Shown here one piece after another: positions 18,484 through 28,811 of a DNA stretch of 64,000 bases (positions are counted from its first letter, which is position 1; every line of letters begins with the position of its first letter). Source of the DNA: an uncultured Planctomycetota bacterium. GTDB taxonomy: Bacteria; Planctomycetota; PLA2; JAEUHO01. Made by a program: the position numbers and the translations under genes. The stretch spans positions 480,001 through 544,000 of the forward strand of contig CAVVXN010000005.1 in assembly GCA_963752285.1 (NCBI GenBank). Reading direction: 5' to 3'. The notes below the pieces were generated by a model. The model searched no databases. It was given only the letters and a program-made list of their open reading frames with translations, and was not told the DNA's origin.

Positions 18484-20103
18484 ATGGCGAGTCGACTCGC
18501 TTTGCGTGTTCGTGGTCACGGGATCTTCAGAACCTCCCTCCTACTCGTGGGACTTCTCGCGGCGGCTTCCGCGGTCGCGCTGGCGGACAGTCCTGTTGCG
18601 CCCGCAAAACCAGCGCCCGTCCCCGCAGTCGATCTCGATCTGCTCCTGAACCAACTGTTTCCTCTGGTCAAGGATCCAGCCTTCAACAGCCTCGGGGTCC
18701 GGAAGGGCGAGGAGCTGACGCGCGCTGTATTGGAGCGACTTCCAGTGGGTCGGCGGGCGGAGATCGCTCTCGGCCTCGCGGATGCGCGCATGGGGACCGC
18801 GATGATCTTCAGCGTTCCCGCCACATTGGACGCTTACGTTCTTGACTTTCGTCGGCCGGAGGACGCCCGCGCCTTCGTGAGCGCCATGCGTGCCGCCTCC
18901 GAACAGCAGGACGCGACCAGGGACGGCCATCCCGACACCGACCGGATTCTGGAGGCTACATACGACAAGGGCGCCGGGCCGGATGGTCGCATGCCAGGCT
19001 ACGTCGTCCGAAAGCGAAAAACGCGCGGCAATCGCCCTTTCCAGCTACTCAGCGAGGTGGCCCAGTTGGGATCGATCGTCGTCATGATCGATGTCGAGAA
19101 CTTGGTGGACATCGGCCGCCGCGAACTCGATGACGCGATCGCGCGCGTCGAGGCCGCCCTCGCGAACCCCGACGCCGCGCGGAAGGCGCCGAGTGCGAGA
19201 CCGGTCCTCCTCCGTTCACTCGGTCCACTGACGTCCGTGCGTGCCGTCGGAGCGGACGGAAGCCGTGTGCCCCGCTTCAACTACCTGGTGCAGTGGGAGG
19301 AGACGGGCGGCTATATGAGTGATTCCGGTGGCGCCGAGGGCGTCGCTCTGGTGCGCGTGCCGCCGCACGTATCTTGCGTGGTGAAAGTGTGGGCCGCTCG
19401 CTCCGCTACGGACGAGCCATTGCCCTGGGGACCGGCGTCAGGGGAGTTCAAGGCCGACTCCCAGGATGCGGAGATCAGGTTGCCAACGGGTCTGGCCCTC
19501 TCGGGCACCGTCCGCGACGGGCAGGGCGAGGCGGTCGAGGACGTCCGCGTGGTGGCAATCACGACGGAAGGTGAACGCGGGATGCCCGCGAGTGCCCTTC
19601 CACCGGGCGGACTAGGGGTGTCAGACGCCTTCGACGCGCACGGCCAGGACACGAGCGGGTCGGACGGGACCTTCTGCCTGCAGGGCCTCGGCCCAGCACG
19701 CTACCGGGTCACGGTTGCCCCTGATCGGGAGTGGTTCACGGTCAATGACGTGGAGTCCGATGCGGGGTCGGAAGTCCCAGTCACGTTGGTCGTCGAGAAG
19801 GCAGTGGCCGTCGACGTCGTGGTTCTCGGGCCGGACGAGAAGCCAGTAGTAGGAGCCGAGGTCTCCGCGTTCTCCGTCCGGAAAGGCCGAGTCACTTCTG
19901 TTCGTTGGGACCGTGATCTGACGTTCACGACCGACGGATCGGGTGTGGCTCACATGCGCGGTCTCAGGCCGGGCGGGAACTACCGACTGAGCGTGCGTCC
20001 ACCCAAGGAGCGAGAGGATCTCAGCTCGCGCGATCAGGAAGACTGGTCGCCGGAGGCGACGATCGTGCGGCTCGACGCAGTGGGGGCGGTCAAGACGCGA
20101 TGA
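18484..20103 (+). CDS. Exported protein with carboxypeptidase-regulatory-like beta-sandwich repeats
   Basis: AAGGAGG RBS, signal peptide (ALA-D), 'LSGTVRDGQGEAVEDVRV', 'VVVLGPDEKPVVGAEV', 'TTDGSG'. Confidence 0.7.
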   Translation: MASRLALRVRGHGIFRTSLLLVGLLAAASAVALADSPVAPAKPAPVPAVDLDLLLNQLFPLVKDPAFNSLGVRKGEELTRAVLERLPVGRRAEIALGLADARMGTAMIFSVPATLDAYVLDFRRPEDARAFVSAMRAASEQQDATRDGHPDTDRILEATYDKGAGPDGRMPGYVVRKRKTRGNRPFQLLSEVAQLGSIVVMIDVENLVDIGRRELDDAIARVEAALANPDAARKAPSARPVLLRSLGPLTSVRAVGADGSRVPRFNYLVQWEETGGYMSDSGGAEGVALVRVPPHVSCVVKVWAARSATDEPLPWGPASGEFKADSQDAEIRLPTGLALSGTVRDGQGEAVEDVRVVAITTEGERGMPASALPPGGLGVSDAFDAHGQDTSGSDGTFCLQGLGPARYRVTVAPDREWFTVNDVESDAGSEVPVTLVVEKAVAVDVVVLGPDEKPVVGAEVSAFSVRKGRVTSVRWDRDLTFTTDGSGVAHMRGLRPGGNYRLSVRPPKEREDLSSRDQEDWSPEATIVRLDAVGAVKTR

Positions 20104-20816
20104 GGCGCGGTTACCGCCGCGGCGTCGCGGTGCGCCGACCTGCCACGCGAGCGACGAGGAGAAGCGGGTGATCCTGGCGCTGGTGGCGTTGCTCGGAACG
20201 CGCCTCTCCTACGAGCGGATCCGGTACTTCCTGACGGGGCTCGGCCGGCGGGACTTCGCTAAGGACCGGGAGCGAGGGCCCACCACCTGGAGGCGTGGGC
20301 CGGACGGCCCGACGAGTGGACCTTGGAGGACCTGGAGCGTGCTCGATGCTGCGGCAACGAGTTCCGACGCCCGTTCGGGCGAAGCCGGCCCGTGCCGGCG
20401 GGCGTCTGGGCGACGCGGCGACCGCCGACGACGGAGGCGTGCGACGCCCTTCGCGACGCGCTCGCCCGTCACCGGGAGGCGCTGGCCGCGGTACGACATC
20501 CCGAGTCGGGACGTTCCCGACTCGCGCTCGACGAGCGCACGGCGATCACGCGCGCGCTCACCGAGCCGGGCTACCTGGAGTTCAAGACGAGGCGCGTTTC
20601 TCTACCCATTTCCCCGCCCTTGGCGGCAGGGATTCTCTGAGGACCACACTTGGGGGACCTGATGGAACCCGGAATTGGATTCTGCCAATGAGAGTGCGAG
20701 AGCTAGCCCGCATGACCCACGAAGGCCGGCGGGAGGGCAGCTGGCTCCGCCCGCGGTGCGCGCTGATGCATATGCTGATTCGGGTTGGCAGCTGTGGTCT
20801 GAGGATCGCCGGCACA

Positions 20817-22414
20817 TGAGCACCCAGCCCCACGCATTCCACTTCGATAGGCCGCATGTGCCTTTTGAGTCACAGTGCGGGGGGAGAAGGCTAGGGGGCG
20901 TCCTGGTTCTCCTGGCAATGGCGTTCGCGGTCGGACGCGCAGGGGCGGCGCCCGCTGCCCCAGAGACTGAGACTCTGCTGCATGAGCCCGTGCAAATCTT
21001 TGACACTTGGGACACGATGACGCTGTGGTCTAGGAGTAAGGTAGAATTGACCGATGTAGAGGAGGGGATGCGTAAGATCCTAACGGACGACCTCAGTCGA
21101 TTGGCGGTCAAGGAAGCGGTGGTCCAAGCCGATCTCGCGGCCTGTGACGTAGTCGTCGTCCCGGACCGGCACGATGTGCCACAACTTGCTGCGGCCGTTC
21201 CCTTGGTAGTGGGCATGCTGGCGGGAGAGGGAAGTCCGGACAATCAGGTAGACGTTGCCTTGGAGTTTCTGCCGCTGGGGTTCGACGCAACCATCTCACA
21301 ACGCAGTGCACGCGGACCCGATGCATCGCCCGCCGAGGAAGTCTTGGCGAAGGTGAAGGGGGTAAGCACTTGGCCGACGTTGGGTTACGAGTCGGCGTTT
21401 CGAGACCCTCGGCTCCGTGGCGTTTCGATCCATGGGTTCTACCCGGGGCCGTCCAAGGGAAACCAGCCACAAGCCTCGCGACTCCCTCCTGCGTATGCGA
21501 GCCCTCTCACTCTCTTAGCGAAACGCATCTGTCGATCCGCGTCGTCGAGAATGCGTAAGCTCGTAATCCTCGTCGGGTCGGCACATCTTTGTCCGCCTGA
21601 TGACTGCGTGCGCGTGCTCCGCGAGGCGGGATTCACGGTGGGTGTTGTTGGCCCTCTTCTCGAAGACTGGGAGTCAGCCCTTCAGCATCGATTCGGGTCG
21701 CGGGCGGACCGGGGATGGCTGCAGTTGGGTGACCACGTATTCCGGGCGCCTTGGCTGACGAACGTGACGATTATAGACCAACCAAGGACATTTGAAGCTC
21801 CGAAGCCGCAGCGGCCGTGCCCGGATGGTGTTTTTGCGCGCCTTGTGAGCGAGGGGAGCGATGCGGATACGCGGATAGGGCTCTACGTGGATGACACAGT
21901 CTCTCGGCTGCGCGAGAGGATCTTCGATGATTCTGCCGCGGGCGTGTCCAGGCTTCGCGCACTATTCGCGCTGAATCGTCTGGCCGAGGTTTGGAGTGCA
22001 GCCCGATCGACGCTGGTGGACGTTGCCCTATCTGGCAGTAGATACGCATTGCCCGCGGCGAGCGGCCTTGCTGGGTGTGGCTGGAGCGAAGGAACGACGG
22101 TTCGCATACGCCAGGCATTGCGCGACAAGACAGTCGGATCAAGTGTGGGTTTCTTCTTGGCTCTTTACTTGGGTGACTACCTCGAGGAGGAGCCGGCGGT
22201 TGCCGACACCCTGGTGAGTGTTCTTCAGTCGAGAATGTCGCTCGCCATTCGCCGGCGGGCCGCTATCGTACTTGCCAATTACGGGCACGGATGCGCGCCC
22301 ATCAGAGATCGGTTGATGCAGGTTGTAGCCGACCCTGACCCGACAATTGCACGTGCGGTTCGGCTGGCCCTGGATCGATCGACCGACGGGACGTTAGGGT
22401 CCGCTACGAAATAG
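20817..22414 (+). CDS. Exported ChaN/EreA-like domain + HEAT-repeat protein (island cargo)
   Basis: Long ORF with visibly more A/T-ending codons; 'CDVVVVPDRHD..VALEF..ILVGSAHL'; C-terminal 'IRRRAAIVLA..DPDPTIARAV'; start uncertain. Confidence 0.55.
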
Positions 22415-23139
22415 CTGAAGCATTCGTGCGGCCCATTCGATCTCATGGGGCGTGGCCGCCGGTGGTGTGCTGCCGCCGAGGGTGCGTGAATCCGGGCCGC
22501 AGCGGAGGTGCGCATCAGTCGCTTCTGTAGATTCCTGCCGTGTACTCGAACACGGGGACGGTGGGTCGTCTTGCCGCGACGAGGGCCGCGGCGGGCGCGA
22601 GCAGGACGGTGGTACGTACGTTCGCGCTGGCCGTGCGGAGGCTTGAGGTGTCGGAGGTCCTCCTTGGCCGTCAGGCGCTGCACACGCCGCAGCGTGGGGC
22701 CTGGTTGGGGGCCAGCCGGGGCGGCACGGGCCTCGCGGCGATGCGTGGCGAGGAGCTCGGGGACGTGGGCGCCGGTCGAGGAGTTCGGGCCGAATTCGTA
22801 AGATTTCACGAGGCGGAACGCGCCTGCTGATGCGACTGCTTACGTGAGAGGCCAGTGTCCGAGGATGCGTCCCCCCACAGCCAGGCACCCATTGAGGTCC
22901 GGGCCCTCATTGGCCCCGGCACGGGGGCCGAGCTTTCCAACATGCCCCTGGCGCGGCTGGCGGGCGACCTACTAGAGGCAGCTTGGCCGGCCGTCCCGCC
23001 CGATGTCCAGCGGCAGTTGGTTGAAGCCTTGCTGACCAATCTTGAGGGCGTGCAGGAGGTCGCCGCTTCGCTCCTACGCGACGACTCCGGGGCGTGCCCC
23101 CACCTCGGGCTCCCGTCATACTGCGCGTTCAACCGTTCC

Positions 23140-23600
23140 ACGGTGATCGTCGTCAGGACCACCGAGCCTCGCTCGTGGCGGCCGGAGATGACCTGGAACA
23201 GGAGATCCGCCCTGTGACGGTCGATGGGCAGGTAGCCGAGCTCACCGAGGCAGAGAACGTCGGGAGCCAGGTAGGAGCGTAGTCGTCTGAGGAACGTGCC
23301 GTCGCTGTGAGCGGCGTGCAGCTGGTTCACCACGTTGATCGCCGTGGAGAAGAGCACGCGATGTCCCCGCTGGCAGGCGGCGTAGCAGAGCGCGGAGGCG
23401 AGGTGGGTCTCGGGAAGGTTCGACCACTCGATCCTCGACATCACGCCCCGAAGGTCAGACGGGGGAGCTCGTCGGTGAGCCGCTCCCGCTCGCTCGGGTA
23501 CTTCTTGCTACGCAAACGCTCCAGCAGCTCGAGGTAGTGGCGCTCCTGTCGCTCCTTGCCCCCGCGCCCTGTCGAGGCACGATGGAGCTCGCGTTCATCG
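23140..23600 (-). pseudogene. istB: IS21-family IstB ATPase fragments
   Basis: 'THLASAL..ACQRGHRVLF..PDVLCLGELGYLPID..LLFQVISGRHERGSVVLTT'; Walker A missing, Walker B degenerate; N-terminal remnant 'HYLELLERL'. Confidence 0.85.
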
Positions 23601-23651
23601 ACGGCGTGTGGGAGCGTGTGCGCACCGGGGCCGCCGCGTGCGGCTGCGAGC

Positions 23652-24407
23652 CTAGCGCTGGTGGATCTCGAAGCCGACGACCTGCCAGGCGAGTCCGTCC
23701 CACTCGCACTTGATGCGTGCGTCACCCGTTCCCTTCTCGAACGGGACCTCGAACTGGGCGACCACATGGCCTCCTTCGACGTCCTCCAGGGCCTGGAACT
23801 TCGGCGAACGCATGTTCCCCATCCGTGTGCGGAACGCGTCCATGTCGGTCTGGAACTTCTCGGCGGGCCACACCTTCTGGAGCGCGCTCGAGAAGCGCTG
23901 ATAGAGGGCCACGATCTGCTGGCGCTGGAGCAGACCCAGCAGCTCCTCGCCGAGCGGCTGGACGAGGGCCCGGTCGGCCTTCGGCGCGAGCTGCTCCGGG
24001 ATCACGACCTTGAAGCCGAGGAGCTTCCAGGCCCCGTCCTCCTTCACGAAGTCGAAGTCGCCCTTCGTCTCTCCGCGCTCGTACGCGAGGGTGAGGTGCA
24101 CGACCCCCGTCGTGCCGGACGACGTGGACGTGGAGGCGCCGGCGCCGGTGGTCGCCGTCACGCGCTGGAAGGCGCCGAGCGCCGTGTGCCGGAACGCCAC
24201 GTAGCGCTCGAAGTCGTCCCGGGAGGTCGCCTCGCGGAACTTCGACGAGGCCGCGGCGTAGACGTCGGCGACCGCGCCGGTATCGAGCTGGTGCAGGAGG
24301 TCCTCGGCCAGGGGGCGCAGCTCCTTCGAGGTCTTGTTCACCAGGAACGCGACCGCCGCGATGCCGGCCACCACGACGACCAGGATCCCCACGAGGACCT
24401 TCTTCAT
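23652..24407 (-). CDS. Membrane-anchored protein with two tandem DUF4019/DUF3887-like (NTF2-like) domains
   Basis: N-terminal TM; repeated 'Y..S..F/L....F....LG...Y/FE.G...W.L/VGF'; GGGAGG RBS. Confidence 0.7.
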   Translation of the reverse strand: MKKVLVGILVVVVAGIAAVAFLVNKTSKELRPLAEDLLHQLDTGAVADVYAAASSKFREATSRDDFERYVAFRHTALGAFQRVTATTGAGASTSTSSGTTGVVHLTLAYERGETKGDFDFVKEDGAWKLLGFKVVIPEQLAPKADRALVQPLGEELLGLLQRQQIVALYQRFSSALQKVWPAEKFQTDMDAFRTRMGNMRSPKFQALEDVEGGHVVAQFEVPFEKGTGDARIKCEWDGLAWQVVGFEIHQR

Positions 24408-24629
24408 GCCGACGCCTCCCGCCCCCGAGCCCGCGGCTCGCGGCCCGCGGTCATTCTGCCGTTCCAGAACGGCCGACACCAGACGCGACGTCCCGGACGC
24501 CTCGACGCCCGGCGTACGCGCCGCCGGACGCGGAGGCGGCGCCGCCGGGGGGCGCCGGTCGCGGTGCGGTGTCGGAGGTCCGGGGTTATCTGTCGTCGGT
24601 GTCGGACGGCGGCAGCGGAGCACGGGGCC

Positions 24630-24884
24630 ATGCGTTGCGCGATCCACGACGAGGTCCTGACGTCGAGACGCGCACGCGTCCGCTACGGCCTTCCGCGCTT
24701 CCCGGAGGGCTACCACGAGGCGGCCGCGCGGCTCTTCATGCACGGCGGCGCGTCCCCAGAGGGCGGCTGTCTCGTCGGGGAGGGGCCGGCGTTCGTGACG
24801 ATCGACGTGTGCCCGCGGTGCGAGGAGGCGCGTCGGGCCTGGCTCCGCGACCACGAGGACGTGGACCGCGCGGGTCCCCGCTGA
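24630..24884 (+). CDS. Small Cys/His protein, putative metal binding (84 aa)
   Basis: 'CAIH..RYGLP..GGC..CPRC'; GGAG upstream. Confidence 0.6.
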   Translation: MRCAIHDEVLTSRRARVRYGLPRFPEGYHEAAARLFMHGGASPEGGCLVGEGPAFVTIDVCPRCEEARRAWLRDHEDVDRAGPR

Positions 24885-24893
24885 GCACGTGGG

Positions 24894-27530
24894 TCACTCG
24901 CGCCAGGGACGCTGTTCCTCGTAGGCCTGCAGGTGCTCGCGGAGCGCCGAGGCGAGGCCCGCGCGGTCGCCCTTCGCGAGCAAGAGCGCCTGCCGGATGG
25001 TTGCCACGGCCTGTGCGAAGTGGCTCGTCTCGGCGAGCGACGCGGCGAGGGCGTCCAGGGCTTCGACGCTTCGGCCGCGGGTCATCTGCGCGGCGGACCG
25101 CGCGAGCTCGAGCGCGCGGACCCCGTCGCGGTCGGCCGCGTCCTCCGTGGTCGCGAGCGACCACGCCAGCATCGCGCGGGGCTTCGGGTCGTCCGGGCGA
25201 TCCGCGACCAAGGCCTCCAGGTGCGGACGCGCCTCCTTCGCGTGTCCGCCGCGCGTCAGCGCTTCGACGAGGAGCGCGTGGACGTCGTCGTCGTCGGGCT
25301 TCGCCGCGAGCGCCTTCTCGAGCTCCCGGCGCGCATCGCCGAGCCGACCGCGCTCCAGGAGCACCGACGCCAGGTTCTTGAGCGCGACCACGTAGGTGGG
25401 ATCGACCTCGAGGGCCAGCCGGAGGTGCCGTTCGGCCTCGTCGAACTCGTGGCGGCGGGCGAGGAGCATGCCGAGGTCGTTGTGCGCCACGGGGTCGGAC
25501 GGATTCACCTCCAGGGCCTTCGTCCACGCGCCGAGGGCCTCGTCGCCGGACCCCGTCGCCGCGTAGGCGAGCCCGAGGTTGACGCGCGCCTCGAAGTTCT
25601 CCGGGTCGAGCGCGAGGGCCTTCTCGTACATCGGGATCGCCTCGGCCGTCCGGCCCGTGTGGTCGTAGGCCATCGCCAGGTTGACGAGCGCGTGGCTGAA
25701 GTCGGGCTCCGCCGCGATCGCCTTCTCGAGGAGCGGGATCGCCTCCTTCCATCGGTGCTCGCTCGCGAGCGTCCAGCCCTGCTGGTAGTAGCGATGGTGC
25801 TGCGCGGCCGGGACCTCGATCGACTGGAGGTCGTCGAAGGACACGTTCACGAACTCGGGGATGTTGACGGCGCGGTTCGCCGCCGTCGTCCCGCGGAGAA
25901 GCAGGGCCGGGGTGTCGCGGCCGTCCTCGTCCACGTGGGTCAGGAAGAGCTGCGTGTACGGCGTGTTCTGCTTCGACGAGAACACCAGCCAACGTCCGTT
26001 GGGGGACCACGAGTGCCAGGAGTTCATCACCTCCTGATTGCAGCGCATGACGCGCGGCTTTCCGCCCTCGTACGGCACGATCACGAGCCGGCCGTCGGGC
26101 CGCATCAGCAGGCCGTTTCGGCAGCGCGTGTAGACGATCCACCGCCCGTCCGGGGACACCTTCGGGAACGTGTTGCTCATCCCGTTCCGGGACGCGCCTT
26201 CCACGGGTGTGGGGGTGCCGCCGCGGCCCTCGTTGAACGGGATGCGGTAGAGGTCGTAGTGGACCTGCGCCTCGTTCGGGTCGTTCGGGTGGGTCGCGAG
26301 GGGCCGGCCCTCGACGTACGGGTCCTGGGCGGGCGCACGGCAGAAAAGGAGCTCCTTGCCGTCGGGAGACCAGTCGGCCGCGCAGTGGACGTAGGCCGGG
26401 TCGTCGGCGCCCGGCAGCGCCCGCATGGTCTTCTTCGCACGGTCGTAGACCGCCAGGATGCCGCGTGTGGGGAAGAACACCTGCAGGAACTTGTAGTTGG
26501 TGAAGTTCGCCACGTACAGCGACTCGTTGACCGTCGTGACCACGTACCGGCCGTCGGGGGACACCCGGGAGAGGAAGCCGATCGTTCGGTGCCCCTTCGG
26601 CTTGTCGGGGAAGTCGTTCCATGTGATCACGTCGTCGTAGTCGATGCGCGTGTCCTTCTGGAGCCGTGTGATCGCGTAGGCGCCCTTGTCGCCCTGAGGA
26701 CCGTCCACGTCCATCGCCAGGGTCTTCCCGTCGCGCGAGAACGAGTGGCAGTTCGCGCACGACGGCATGCCCGAGAGGAGCAGGCGGCTCCGGCGCGTCG
26801 CGAGGTCGTAGAGGCGCCAGCCGATGATCGGGATCGCCTTCGGCCCGAGGGGCTGGATCTTCCCCGCCTCCCCGACGGACGGCATGAGCGGCACGTCGCG
26901 GTAGAAGACCGGCGCGCCCACGGGGTCGGCGGACCACGCGACGTGGACCTCGCCGCGCGAGAGGGGCGCGCCGTCGGCGTCGAGGCCCGAGAGGACGATC
27001 GTCGCCCCGTCCGCGCCCGCGGCCTTCCGCATCGCCGCCCACACGTCGGGCGCCGGCGTCCACGACCGGGCCGACGCCTGGTAGGGCGTGGGCGTGTAGA
27101 GCGTGTTCGTGGGGCCGATCGCGCGCTCGTCCACCTCGCCCTTCGGCGGCGGGTCCCCCGGCACGAGGAGCGACATCCGCGTTTCGCCCTGCACGACGAG
27201 GTCCACGACGAACCGGGTCGCCTCGGCGTCGTCGTGCCAGAGGAAGGTGGGCGCGGCGAGGTCCGGCGGGAGGAGCGCGCCCTCGGGCGGGTCGTCCACC
27301 ACGAGCTTCGCGAGGGCCGGATCGGCGGGGCGCGCGCGCGCGAGGAGCGCGCGCTCGGCCGCGTCGTCGGGCGGGGGCAGTCGCTCGGTCCGGTCGAGCA
27401 CCGGGTTGCCGGCGGCGGAGGGGGCCTGCGGAGCGACGCCGGGTTCCTTGCCGCCGCAGGCGGCGAGCGCCAGCAGGGCGGGCAGGACGAGCAAAAGGAC
27501 CAGGAGCGAGGAGGGGAGGAACCGGCGCAT
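24894..27530 (-). CDS. Lipoprotein with TolB-like PD40 propeller, CxxCH motif and TPR repeats
   Basis: Lipobox LAAC, 'CANCH', repeated 'SPDGR/K', C-terminal TPRs. Confidence 0.85.
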   Translation of the reverse strand: MRRFLPSSLLVLLLVLPALLALAACGGKEPGVAPQAPSAAGNPVLDRTERLPPPDDAAERALLARARPADPALAKLVVDDPPEGALLPPDLAAPTFLWHDDAEATRFVVDLVVQGETRMSLLVPGDPPPKGEVDERAIGPTNTLYTPTPYQASARSWTPAPDVWAAMRKAAGADGATIVLSGLDADGAPLSRGEVHVAWSADPVGAPVFYRDVPLMPSVGEAGKIQPLGPKAIPIIGWRLYDLATRRSRLLLSGMPSCANCHSFSRDGKTLAMDVDGPQGDKGAYAITRLQKDTRIDYDDVITWNDFPDKPKGHRTIGFLSRVSPDGRYVVTTVNESLYVANFTNYKFLQVFFPTRGILAVYDRAKKTMRALPGADDPAYVHCAADWSPDGKELLFCRAPAQDPYVEGRPLATHPNDPNEAQVHYDLYRIPFNEGRGGTPTPVEGASRNGMSNTFPKVSPDGRWIVYTRCRNGLLMRPDGRLVIVPYEGGKPRVMRCNQEVMNSWHSWSPNGRWLVFSSKQNTPYTQLFLTHVDEDGRDTPALLLRGTTAANRAVNIPEFVNVSFDDLQSIEVPAAQHHRYYQQGWTLASEHRWKEAIPLLEKAIAAEPDFSHALVNLAMAYDHTGRTAEAIPMYEKALALDPENFEARVNLGLAYAATGSGDEALGAWTKALEVNPSDPVAHNDLGMLLARRHEFDEAERHLRLALEVDPTYVVALKNLASVLLERGRLGDARRELEKALAAKPDDDDVHALLVEALTRGGHAKEARPHLEALVADRPDDPKPRAMLAWSLATTEDAADRDGVRALELARSAAQMTRGRSVEALDALAASLAETSHFAQAVATIRQALLLAKGDRAGLASALREHLQAYEEQRPWRE

Positions 27531-27550
27531 GCCCCGAGACTACCCCTCGA

Positions 27551-28729
27551 TCAGCCTCCGCTGACGAGCACCTCCGCCTCGGCGCCCGGCGAAGCGTCGT
27601 CCTCCAGCTGGTCGAGGTAGCCCTCGGGCAGCGAGACGCGCTGCCGGCCGCCCGACTTCCCCCGCTTCACGCGGAGCGCCGCCTCCGGGAAGGGCAGGGC
27701 GGGATCCATCTCGGAGAGCAGCGCCTCGAGCTCCGACAGGCCCGCGACACGCGAGAGGCGCGCGCGGAGCGGCGCCGACGCGGGGAACGCCTTCGTGTAC
27801 CAGGCGCCGAACTTCCGCATCGTCCGGATGCCGTGCGGCTCGCCCCAGGCCTCGCACGCCAGCCGCGCGTGGCGGAGGAACACGCGAGCCACCTCGCCGA
27901 AGGCCGGGGGGACCTGGGGCTCGCGCCCGTCGAACACGTCGGCGAGGTCGCGGAAGAGCCACGGGCGGCCCAGACACCCGCGGCCGACGATCACGCCGTC
28001 GCAGCCCGTCTGGCGCATCATGCGAAGCGCGTCGAACGCCTCCCAGACGTCGCCGTTCCCGAGCACGGGCACCGACTTCACGTGGGCCTTCAGGTCGGCG
28101 ATCGCCGACCAGTCGGCCTCCCCGTCGTAGAGCTCCGCGGCCGTTCGCGCGTGGAGACCGACGGCCGCGCAGCCCTCCTCCTCGCCGATCCGACCCGCCT
28201 CGCGGTACGTGAGGAGGTCGTCGTCGATACCCTTGCGGAACTTGATCGTCACAGGCACCGGGCCCGCGCTCGCGACCACCGCACGGATGAGCCGGCGGAG
28301 GAGGTTCGGCTTGGCGGGGATGGCCGCGCCTCCGCCCTTCGACGTGACCTTCCGGACGGGGCAGCCGAAGTTCAGGTCCACGTGGTCCACGTGGCCCTCG
28401 CCCACGAGACGTCGCGTCGCCTCGCCGAGCGAAACCGGCTCCGTGCCGTAGAGCTGGATCGAGCGCGGATGCTCGTCGGGATGGAACGCCGCGAGCCGGA
28501 GCGTCTTCGGGTGCACCTCGACGAGGCCCCGCGCGGTGATCATCTCGCTCACGTAGAGCCCGGCGCCGTACGCGCGGCAGATCCGGCGGAACGGGTGGTT
28601 CGTGACGCCCGCCATGGGCGCCAGGACGACCGGGGGCCACACCGGGATCGGGCCGATCGCGAGCGGCCGGAACTCGCCCTCCCGGGCGACCGGAACGTCA
28701 CGGTTGAGCTCGGAGCGTGTGGCCGACAC
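27551..28729 (-). CDS. dusB: tRNA-dihydrouridine synthase B
   Basis: 'LAPMAGVT', 'DLNFGCPV.KV', 'LHART', 'GNGD', 'GRGCLGRPWLF'; start uncertain. Confidence 0.93.
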   Translation of the reverse strand: MSATRSELNRDVPVAREGEFRPLAIGPIPVWPPVVLAPMAGVTNHPFRRICRAYGAGLYVSEMITARGLVEVHPKTLRLAAFHPDEHPRSIQLYGTEPVSLGEATRRLVGEGHVDHVDLNFGCPVRKVTSKGGGAAIPAKPNLLRRLIRAVVASAGPVPVTIKFRKGIDDDLLTYREAGRIGEEEGCAAVGLHARTAAELYDGEADWSAIADLKAHVKSVPVLGNGDVWEAFDALRMMRQTGCDGVIVGRGCLGRPWLFRDLADVFDGREPQVPPAFGEVARVFLRHARLACEAWGEPHGIRTMRKFGAWYTKAFPASAPLRARLSRVAGLSELEALLSEMDPALPFPEAALRVKRGKSGGRQRVSLPEGYLDQLEDDASPGAEAEVLVSGG

Positions 28730-28811
28730 GACGCGTCGGAGTGTACGTCGCCCGCCATGGTCCAATGCCGCGCCCGCGCGCGGGACGCGCGGGGGCCGCG
28801 ACGGAGCACGG

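Noticed and set aside
20104..20640. Short ORFs between the cargo genes
   Set aside because: Coding-like fragments switch frames and match no family I recognise; probably a gene remnant.
18201..22420. Integron cassette array (attC sites) around the island cargo genes
   Set aside because: No convincing RYYYAAC...GTTRRRY pairs flank the genes and there is no intI; the hairpin lies within the IS256 leader.
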